Assembly (NCBI GenBank): GCA_965214935.1
Contig: CBDCCS010000021.1
Location: 192,001 to 256,000, forward strand
DNA from: Candidatus Velthaea sp.
Lineage (GTDB): Bacteria; Vulcanimicrobiota; Vulcanimicrobiia; Vulcanimicrobiales; Vulcanimicrobiaceae
Direction of reading: 5' to 3'
DNA length: 64,000 bases
The first letter of the stretch is position 1, and each line of letters opens with the position of its first letter. The notes beneath the pieces were generated by a model. The model was not told where the DNA came from, ran no database searches, and worked only from the letters and a program-made list of their open reading frames with translations. Positions 48,924 through 57,130 of the stretch are shown piece after piece. The position numbers were made by a program, and so were the translations under genes.

Positions 48924-51900
48924 ATGTGGCTGACCAAACTGTTCTTGCAACGTTGGCCGCTTGTCGTCGTGTTGATCGCCTTCACGACACTTGCCGGCGT
49001 GATTTCATTCCGTTCGCTCATCGTTCAACGTTTACCGAATACCGATACGCCGACGGTGGGCATGCGCGTTTCGTATTCCGGGGCGTCGACGACGGAGTTG
49101 CGCGACACGATCGTTCGCCCGATTGAAGATCAGATCGCCGGCTCGCAAGATCTCACCCATGTCGATGCAACGATTCAGACCGGTTCGGCGACTATCGGTT
49201 CGTACTTCACGCTGGGTTCGAGCGGCGATCAAGATCTCACGCAAATCATTCAAGCATTCAACGCCGCACGCTCGCAATTGCCCAGCGACCTTGTTGCGCC
49301 GGTCATTCGCATCTTCGATCCGAACGCCGCGACCGTCGTGTCGATCGGCATCACGTCCAAGTCGCTACAGCCGGCGGCGATCGCTTCGCTCGCCTACGGA
49401 CAAATCGGGCCGGCGATCGAGCAACTCGGCGGCGTCTCGAACGTTATTGTCGCGGGCAACGTGCAAGCCGCGTACAACGTCGTGGTCGATCCCAATGCGC
49501 TCTCCGGTTACGGCCTAACGCTCACCGACATCGTGACGACGCTGAGCGCAAATAACATCCGCGCACCGGGCGGCATCGCATATCAACCCGGCCGCGAAAC
49601 ACAGATCGACGTGCGCGGCGACATCAGTTCGCCGCAGGCCGTGAGCGGCTTAGCCGTGGTGAACGGGACGTCGGGCAGCAGCGGCGGCGGTAGCGCGCCG
49701 ACGCTCTACGGTCCGACGCCGTATACGGGTACGTTATACGGCTGGACCCGGCCGGCGCAAAGCATCCTCATCGGTGACGTCGCGAAGGTAGAAGACAGCA
49801 GCGTACCGATTCGCAACTTCGCGTTCGTAAACGGCAAACCGGGCGTTGAATTGCAAGTCCAAAAAAGCAGCGATGCCAGCGAAATCGACGTTTCGCAGAT
49901 GGTCATCAAAGCGCTGCCCGCCCTGCAACGGCAGTTCCCAGCCGTCGAAATGCGCGTCGATTACGTCCAGTCGATCTATTCGCAGCAGCAAGTCGAAGGC
50001 GTCGAACGAACGTTACTCGAGGGCATCGCGCTAACGGCGGTTCTCATGTTGCTGTTTCTGCAATCCTGGCGCAACGCCATCGTCGTGATGATTGCGATTC
50101 CAACGTCGCTGTGCGTGGCGGTCTTTGCAATGAAGAGCCTGCACTTTTCGCTCGACACGATTTCACTGCTTGCCATGACGCTCGTTATCGGCATTCTCAT
50201 CGACGACTCGACAGTCGTGCTCGAAAACATCACGCGGCACGCGCAGGACGGCGAAGACCGTATGGAAGCCGCGCTCAACGGCCGGTCCGAGATCGGGACT
50301 GCTGCAATCGTCATCACGCTCGTCGACGTCGTCGTGTTCTTGCCGATCGCGTTCATCGGCGGACCGGTCGGCGTGCAACTTTCGGAATTCGCCGTAGTCG
50401 TTACCGTCTCAACGCTGACGTCGCTGTTTATCTCATTCACCGTCACGCCGACGCTGGCCGGCGTCTGGGCGCTCAAGTCGAAGTGGAAACCATGGAAGCC
50501 GATCGTTGCCTTCAACACCGGTTTCGATTGGGTGCGTACGCGTTATCACGATCGGCTGCTGCCGGCAGCGCTCGGACAGCCATGGCCGATTCTCATCGTT
50601 TCGCTGCTGCTCGTCGTGGGTGCATTGCTGTTGATTCCGACCGGCTTGGTCGGCGAAGACTACATTCCGGCGGCCGACCAAGGCGAGATCTTTTTCACAT
50701 TGACCTATGCGCCGGGGACGCCGCTGGAACGCACCCGCACCGTCATCGGGAAAATCGAAGCGGAGATCGATCGAATTCCCGATTTGCAATCGGAAGTAAC
50801 GAACGCGGGCGGCTATAATTCGCCGTTCGGCGGATTTGTATTGCAAGGAAATACCGCGCAGATCAATGTCTTTCTCAAGAACGGCCACAAACAATCGACG
50901 GCGCACTGGCTGACATACGTCGAGGATCTCGGCCGGCGCTTTGCACCCGATGCAATCGCAATTGCGAAACCGGCAAGCGATCCGACGCAAGGCGGTCCGC
51001 GTCAGCCGATCGACGAGCTCGTGTCGCTGCCGAACGGTGCGGACCCTTCGATGTACGCCGAACGCGTTGCGCAAATTCTCAAGCAGACGCCGGGTGCCGT
51101 CGACGTCAACGACTCGGCGCAACAGCTGCTGCCGCAGGTCGAGGTCACGTTCGATCGGGCAATGGCGCGCTCGCTGGGTGTTTCGATCGGCACGGCGTCG
51201 ACGGCGATCCGGGCGGCATTCGGCGGCGCCGTCGCGACCGAACTCGAATCGCCCAACGGCTTGGTACAGGTCGAGGTGATCTATCCGCGCAGCGCACAGC
51301 AAAGCTTGGCCAACGTTCTATCGATTCCGTTGCGCGCCGCCAACGGCGCGATCGTTCGCGTCGGCGACTTCGCGCAATTGCAATTGGCGCCCACGCCCGT
51401 CGTGATTACCCGGACGAACCGGGCCGACGTCGTGCATGTCGATGCAACCGTTGCGGACGGCTTTAATTTGTCGGACGTCATGCGCGATTTCAATCAACGA
51501 TTGGCGAAACAGAAGCTGCCGCCCGACGTTCGCGTCCAACCGGCCCGCGGCGGACAGCAGGAGCTGATGAGTTTGACGCTAGCCGGACTCGGCACGTCGC
51601 TGGCTTTGTCGATCGTGCTGGTGTATCTGCTGATGGTCGCGCTCTACAATGACTTTCGCGATCCGTTTGTCATTTTGTTTGCCGTGCCGGTCGCGGTGGT
51701 CGGTGCGCTGGGTGCGTTGTGGATCACGCATCAGACGCTAAATTTATTTTCATTGATCGGCACGCTGCTGTTAGTCGGACTTGTCACCAAGAACGGGATC
51801 TTGCTGGTCGACTACGCGAACACCGTGCGACGCCGCGACGGCAAAGATAAGCGCGAAGCGGCGATCGAGAGCGCGCAGACGCGCTTCCGTCCGATCATCA

Positions 51901-52124
51901 TGACGACCGCAGCGATGATCTCCGGGATGTTGCCGCTCGCGCTCGCGCTCGAACCCGGCTCGGCGGTTCGTGCGAGTTTGGGCACCGTCGTGATCGGCGG
52001 CTTGACGAGTTCGCTAGTACTCACGCTTTTTATCGTGCCGATCATGTACGTGTGGCTGACGCCGGATAAACTTCCGGAACCGACGCCCATCGGCAAGCAG
52101 CAGCAGCAACCCGCGCCGGGCTGA
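48924..52124 (+). CDS. RND efflux permease (AcrB/HAE1-like)
   Basis: GILIDDSTVVLENI, GLVTKNGILLVD, RFRPIIMTT; 1066 aa. Confidence 0.95.
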   Translation: MWLTKLFLQRWPLVVVLIAFTTLAGVISFRSLIVQRLPNTDTPTVGMRVSYSGASTTELRDTIVRPIEDQIAGSQDLTHVDATIQTGSATIGSYFTLGSSGDQDLTQIIQAFNAARSQLPSDLVAPVIRIFDPNAATVVSIGITSKSLQPAAIASLAYGQIGPAIEQLGGVSNVIVAGNVQAAYNVVVDPNALSGYGLTLTDIVTTLSANNIRAPGGIAYQPGRETQIDVRGDISSPQAVSGLAVVNGTSGSSGGGSAPTLYGPTPYTGTLYGWTRPAQSILIGDVAKVEDSSVPIRNFAFVNGKPGVELQVQKSSDASEIDVSQMVIKALPALQRQFPAVEMRVDYVQSIYSQQQVEGVERTLLEGIALTAVLMLLFLQSWRNAIVVMIAIPTSLCVAVFAMKSLHFSLDTISLLAMTLVIGILIDDSTVVLENITRHAQDGEDRMEAALNGRSEIGTAAIVITLVDVVVFLPIAFIGGPVGVQLSEFAVVVTVSTLTSLFISFTVTPTLAGVWALKSKWKPWKPIVAFNTGFDWVRTRYHDRLLPAALGQPWPILIVSLLLVVGALLLIPTGLVGEDYIPAADQGEIFFTLTYAPGTPLERTRTVIGKIEAEIDRIPDLQSEVTNAGGYNSPFGGFVLQGNTAQINVFLKNGHKQSTAHWLTYVEDLGRRFAPDAIAIAKPASDPTQGGPRQPIDELVSLPNGADPSMYAERVAQILKQTPGAVDVNDSAQQLLPQVEVTFDRAMARSLGVSIGTASTAIRAAFGGAVATELESPNGLVQVEVIYPRSAQQSLANVLSIPLRAANGAIVRVGDFAQLQLAPTPVVITRTNRADVVHVDATVADGFNLSDVMRDFNQRLAKQKLPPDVRVQPARGGQQELMSLTLAGLGTSLALSIVLVYLLMVALYNDFRDPFVILFAVPVAVVGALGALWITHQTLNLFSLIGTLLLVGLVTKNGILLVDYANTVRRRDGKDKREAAIESAQTRFRPIIMTTAAMISGMLPLALALEPGSAVRASLGTVVIGGLTSSLVLTLFIVPIMYVWLTPDKLPEPTPIGKQQQQPAPG

Positions 52125-52138
52125 CGACCGAACTCCGG

Positions 52139-53263
52139 CTAGCCGAGATTGAGCAACCACGGCGCAGCCACTCGGCCGGCGCCGGGGATCCACCGTGCGA
52201 CGTTTAGGGCTTGCTGAGCGCCGCTCGAAGTGCCGACCGCCGCGTGCAAAGCACGTTCGACCTGCAGCCGGCGCGCGATCGGCTGCAGCCGGCGTTCGTA
52301 GCATTGTAACGATGCTGCCGAGTAATCGCCGCGTGCGAGAGCCCACAACGCGACATCGGCGGCAAGCGCACCGCTCGCGATGGCGGTATGGATGCCTGAA
52401 CCGCTCAAAGGACTCGCCAGCGAGGCTGCATCACCGGCAAGCATGATTCCGGCGCCGTGCACGGGCGTCGTCCGCCAGCCGAACGGTATCGGCCAAACCA
52501 GCCGCGCTCCAGCTTCGCGGCCGCCGCGCAATTCCGGCCGTTCTAAGAAACGCGCGAACGCCGCACCTAAATCACCTGATCCCGGCTCGCCACGGACAAA
52601 ACCAAGACCGACATTTGCAACACCGTTGCCAAGCGGAAAAATCCAACCGTAGCCGTCGCCGCGCCGGCCGACGTAAAAACGCATCTCCGTACCTGCTTCC
52701 GATACGTTTTCGATATAGACGCGGGCTGCAATGCCGATCTCGGCCGGCCGGCGCGGCGGTATCTCGAGCGTGCGCGCAACCGCTGAACCCCAGCCGTCCG
52801 CGCCTATCGTTATCGGCGCGCGAAGAGCCGTTCCATCGGTCAACTGTACACCGCACACGGCGCCGTACGCATCGCGCACGGCCGTGACGACACGCGCCTG
52901 CACGAAAGCCGCGCCGGCCTGGATTGCTGCTGCCACGAGCAGCGCATCGAATATTCGGCGCGGTATGACCCGCGCTCCGAGCCGCCGCGCCGCGCGAATA
53001 CCAAGCGTTGCACCGAAACGGGTTCCATCCGGAGCGAAAACAAACGCTCCGCTTAGAGGCTCGGTTTGATCGATCACATCGAGTTCGATGGCGCGCCGGC
53101 GCAGCTCGCCGATCGCATACGAGCCGATAAGATCGCCGCAGGCCTTGTCGCGCGGAAACATGGCGGCATCGATGAGCACAACGCGCCGCCCCGCGCGCGC
53201 CGCGATCAGAGCGGCCGTCGACCCCGCCGGACCGCCGCCGGCAACGATGATATCAGCGTTCAA
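52139..53263 (-). CDS. geranylgeranyl reductase family FAD oxidoreductase
   Basis: GGGPAGS, FPRDKACGD, GADG, GYGWIFP, GDAA...PLSGSGI. Confidence 0.88.
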   Translation of the reverse strand: MNADIIVAGGGPAGSTAALIAARAGRRVVLIDAAMFPRDKACGDLIGSYAIGELRRRAIELDVIDQTEPLSGAFVFAPDGTRFGATLGIRAARRLGARVIPRRIFDALLVAAAIQAGAAFVQARVVTAVRDAYGAVCGVQLTDGTALRAPITIGADGWGSAVARTLEIPPRRPAEIGIAARVYIENVSEAGTEMRFYVGRRGDGYGWIFPLGNGVANVGLGFVRGEPGSGDLGAAFARFLERPELRGGREAGARLVWPIPFGWRTTPVHGAGIMLAGDAASLASPLSGSGIHTAIASGALAADVALWALARGDYSAASLQCYERRLQPIARRLQVERALHAAVGTSSGAQQALNVARWIPGAGRVAAPWLLNLG

Positions 53264-53328
53264 AGTGCGTCGAGCGGCGCTTACGGCTCAGCGGCGCTTG
53301 GACTGCAAACTCCGGGTACAACACAGCC

Positions 53329-53610
53329 ATGTCAGATTCAACGACCGATCCGATTGTCGTGCGCGGCGAACATGCGGCCCTGCGCGTTTGGCGCGATGAA
53401 GAACCTACGAGTGACAAACCCGAAGAATCACGGCCGTATGAAACGCTCGGGTACGTCGTGGCGGGAGCGGTCGACTTGACCGTCAACGGTAAAACGACAA
53501 GCCTGCGAGCCGGTGATGCATATACGGTACCGATGAACGCGCCACATCGCTATATCGTACGCGAACGGTTGACTGCCGTCGAAGCGATTGCACCAAGCGC
53601 GACGACTTAG
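53329..53610 (+). CDS. cupin domain protein
   Basis: YETLGYVVAGAVDL...GDAYTVPMNAPHRY. Confidence 0.85.
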   Translation: MSDSTTDPIVVRGEHAALRVWRDEEPTSDKPEESRPYETLGYVVAGAVDLTVNGKTTSLRAGDAYTVPMNAPHRYIVRERLTAVEAIAPSATT

Positions 53611-53832
53611 CTCTTCGAACTGCAGCGCGATCCGCTGACTTCCGGTAGTAAGGGATCGCCGGCATTCGTCTCAAGTTAAGCGTCACGTCGTGTGCATTGC
53701 TAACGAAAAGCGGACGGATTTTACCGGATCCGCCGAATGTCTTGCCTCAAGAATCCCGGTGCACTCGGGTTTATTTGAGCGTTGCCCGCGATGTCAAGGA
53801 CGATAACTGCGGCCAACGGCGGCGTTGGATGA

Positions 53833-54252
53833 TCACATCGGGTGCGCGAACCACGTCGTACCGTCGTCGAAATTGACTTGCGATACGTTGCAAGTCGCAG
53901 CATAACTACCGCTAGCCTGACCGGCGAATGTTGGATAGGAGCGCTCGATCGGAAGTCCGGTCGCGAACATGCCGCGATCGGTGAGCGAGACCGTGTCGCC
54001 TTGATAGCGGAATGTAAAGCGGACGGCCGTCGCCGTTGCATGTCGCAGATTGACAAACCGCACGTTCAAGCCGGAGACAAATTCGATTCGCAAACTATTG
54101 AGCGGATCGAGCAATAGTGAGCGACTCGTCACAACGCATAATTCGATGCGCAGCGGCAGGTCGGCGGCAGCCCCGGTGGGCACAGTTTGCGCCCCAGCTT
54201 GTAGCGGAAGCACGGACGCCGCCATTGCGACACACATTGCGAGTCGCCACAT
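53833..54252 (-). CDS. hypothetical exported protein
   Basis: Signal peptide from ATG 54252; ends CNVSQVNFDDGTTW. Confidence 0.6.
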   Translation of the reverse strand: MWRLAMCVAMAASVLPLQAGAQTVPTGAAADLPLRIELCVVTSRSLLLDPLNSLRIEFVSGLNVRFVNLRHATATAVRFTFRYQGDTVSLTDRGMFATGLPIERSYPTFAGQASGSYAATCNVSQVNFDDGTTWFAHPM

Positions 54253-54475
54253 TGAGCGGCGGATCGACCGAACGTAGCAGTACCCGACACTGAATCGCTC
54301 GGCCGCTACGCTTACCACCGCCAACGAAATCATACCGCTCGGACCGGCCCGCTGAAGCGAAAGTTCCGCGCTACGATGATACAGATCATACCCGGCTTGA
54401 CTAAGCGGCTTGTAACGCGGATCGCAAACCAATCGACGCTATTCTCGTAGCCGTCATAAGCCGGCGGCTGCGACA

Positions 54476-57130
54476 TCACGCTTCTGCCGTCACCTCATCG
54501 AGATCGAACGACTCGATTTCGTAGAGATTCGTGCCGGCTTTGAGCGTGACTTCGATCGGAACGCTCAAGGTCATCGCCTCTTCCATCTCACGCTTGACCA
54601 AGCGGCTGAAGCCGTCGAGTTCGGCGCGCGGGATCTCGAAGACGAGCTCGTCGTGAATCTGCAGCGTCATGACGGCGTTGAAGCCCGCGCTGCGCATGTG
54701 CGCGTCGAGCCGAACCATCGCGAGCTTCATGAGGTCGGCGGCGCTGCCTTGCAGCGGGGCGTTCGTCGCTTCGCGTTCGGCGGCGGCACGCAATGCATAG
54801 TTTTTTGCTCGCAAATCGGGCATGTAGCGCCGCCGTCCGAGCAACGTCGAAACGTAACCGCGCTCGCGGCCTTCGTCCAAGCAACGCTCGATATACGCGC
54901 GAACGCCGGGAAAACGGTCGAAGTACGCCGTCGTGATCGCGCGCGCTTCGCCGCGTTCGATTTCGAGACGCTGCGCCAAGCCGAAATCCGACATGCCGTA
55001 GAGCAGACCAAAGTTTACCGATTTTGCCATGCGCCGCTGGTTCGGGGTAACGTCGGCAAACGGGCCGATCTCAAAGATCCGTCGCGCCGTGAAATCGTGA
55101 ATATCCTGATGCTCGTGGAACGCGGTGCGCATTGCTTCGTCACCCGACAAATGCGCCATAAGCCGTAATTCGATCTGCGAATAATCAGCCGCCAACAACA
55201 CGCGGTCCGCCGACGGCGCGACGAACGAACGCCGGATCTGCCGGCCCAGTTCGCTGCGCACCGGGATGTTTTGCAGGTTCGGGTTGGTCGAGGATAAGCG
55301 GCCCGTCGCCGTCGTCGTTTGATTGAAAATCGTGTGCAGCCGGTCGTCGCGCGGATCGACGAGCGTCGGCAAAACATCGATGTAAGTATTTTTCAGTTTC
55401 GAGACTTCGCGATATTCGAGCACTTTGGCGGCAATCGGAAAACTGCGCGCCAGGCCTTGCAAGATGTCGACGCCCGTCGCGTAGCCGGTTTTATTTTGCC
55501 GGCCCGCCGGTAAGCCGAGTTTGTCGAAGAGCACGCGTCCGAGTTGCTGCGGCGACCCGATGTTGAACGGCTCGCCGGCGATAGCATAGATTTCGGCTTG
55601 TAAGCGCACGACGTCGGCGTCGACACTCACCGAGAGCGCACGCAACTCCGTCGTGTCGAGTTTGACGCCGGCGTCTTCCATCTTCGCCAGCACGATCGCG
55701 AGCGGAACTTCGATGCCGGTGTAGAGCGCGAGCTGGTCGCGTTTTTCAAGTTCCGCGCGTAACACGCCCGTCAGCCGGCCGGCGGCGTCGGCCGCAGCGG
55801 CCGGATCGTCCGCCGCGAGTTCGCGCCGCAGCCATTCACGCGTCGCATCGCCGATGTCCGTATACGCTCGCGACGGATTTAGAACGTGCGCGCCGATCAT
55901 CGGGTCGTCGGCAATCGCGCGTGCCGGAACACGCAAAGCCGCGATCGTCGCTTTCGCATCGTAGACGACGAGATCCGGTACGTTCGACCAGAGTCGGGCG
56001 AAAGCGGAAGCGATTGCCGGTCGATCGAGCGCAGCGCGCAGAAAGCCGACCCCCGTGCGATCCGCGATCGAAAATCCGATGCCGTCGCCGCGCAGCGCGA
56101 TTGCAACACGCCGCTCCGACGCCGCTGCGTCGATCAGCGCCGCTAGCTCCGTGAACTCCGCTGCATCGGTCGCTGCCGTAAACGACGCGTGCGTTCCACC
56201 AAGCTGTTCTTCGGGGGCCGTCACCACCGGCGTCGACGGCGGCTCGAGCCGGTTCAGCAACGTCTTGAATTCAAGTTCGCGATACAGGCGGTAGAGCGCA
56301 TCGCTCGAGGGTGGGGCGTATGCGGCCAGCTCCCAGTCCAGCGCGATCGGCAAGTTGCGGTCGATGAGCGAAACGTCGCGGCAGATCCGCGCCTGTTCGC
56401 CGAAATCGACGATAAGTTTTTGCAATTTCGGCGAACCGGCGAGGGCCGGATCTGCGAGCAGCGCATCGAGCGATCCGGCGCTCTTGATGAGTTTGATCGC
56501 GGTCTTTTCGCCGACGCCCGGGATGCCCGGCAGATTGTCGGACGGGTCGCCTTTGAGGCCGCGATAGTCGGGCAATTGCAGCGGTTCGAGATCGAAGCGC
56601 GCGCGCACCGCCGCGGCATCATAGCGTCCAAGCTCGGTGATCCCGCGCCGCGTCGTCAGCACCAGCGTCCGGTCGTCGACGATTTGGAGCAAATCGAGAT
56701 CGCCGGTGACGACCGCCACCTGCTGCTGCATCGCTTCGGCTTGGCTCGCGAGCGTTGCGATGACGTCGTCGGCCTCCTCGCCATCGACTTCAACGATCGG
56801 AATGGCGTACGTCGCGAGAATCTTGCGCACGAGCGCAAACTGCGACCGCAGATCGTCGGGTGTCGCATCGCGATGTGCTTTATATTCCGGAAACATCGCT
56901 ATGCGTGCTTTGGGCAAACCCTTATCGAACGCGGCGATAATATGCGTCGGCTTTTCATCGGTGATGATCTTCGTGAGCATCATCGTAAAACCGTAAGCCG
57001 CATTGATCGGCACGCCTTGGGTCGTCGTCAACACCGGCAACGCGAAGAACGCGCGGTAGACCAAGCCGTAAGTGTCGATAAGCATGAGTTTCGCGCTATC
57101 GGGCGCGAGCGGTCCCAGCTGCTGGTTCAC
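54476..57130 (-). CDS. polA: DNA polymerase I
   Basis: LIDTYGLVYRAFFA, GDPSDNLPG, TGRLSSTNPNLQNIP, DYSQIELR, AKSVNFGLLYG, QIHDEL; GTG 57130. Confidence 0.98.
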   Translation of the reverse strand: MNQQLGPLAPDSAKLMLIDTYGLVYRAFFALPVLTTTQGVPINAAYGFTMMLTKIITDEKPTHIIAAFDKGLPKARIAMFPEYKAHRDATPDDLRSQFALVRKILATYAIPIVEVDGEEADDVIATLASQAEAMQQQVAVVTGDLDLLQIVDDRTLVLTTRRGITELGRYDAAAVRARFDLEPLQLPDYRGLKGDPSDNLPGIPGVGEKTAIKLIKSAGSLDALLADPALAGSPKLQKLIVDFGEQARICRDVSLIDRNLPIALDWELAAYAPPSSDALYRLYRELEFKTLLNRLEPPSTPVVTAPEEQLGGTHASFTAATDAAEFTELAALIDAAASERRVAIALRGDGIGFSIADRTGVGFLRAALDRPAIASAFARLWSNVPDLVVYDAKATIAALRVPARAIADDPMIGAHVLNPSRAYTDIGDATREWLRRELAADDPAAAADAAGRLTGVLRAELEKRDQLALYTGIEVPLAIVLAKMEDAGVKLDTTELRALSVSVDADVVRLQAEIYAIAGEPFNIGSPQQLGRVLFDKLGLPAGRQNKTGYATGVDILQGLARSFPIAAKVLEYREVSKLKNTYIDVLPTLVDPRDDRLHTIFNQTTTATGRLSSTNPNLQNIPVRSELGRQIRRSFVAPSADRVLLAADYSQIELRLMAHLSGDEAMRTAFHEHQDIHDFTARRIFEIGPFADVTPNQRRMAKSVNFGLLYGMSDFGLAQRLEIERGEARAITTAYFDRFPGVRAYIERCLDEGRERGYVSTLLGRRRYMPDLRAKNYALRAAAEREATNAPLQGSAADLMKLAMVRLDAHMRSAGFNAVMTLQIHDELVFEIPRAELDGFSRLVKREMEEAMTLSVPIEVTLKAGTNLYEIESFDLDEVTAEA

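Noticed and set aside
53611..53832. 220-nt spacer between convergent genes as a possible sRNA or small ORF
   Set aside because: No convincing ORF, terminator or extended structure seen.
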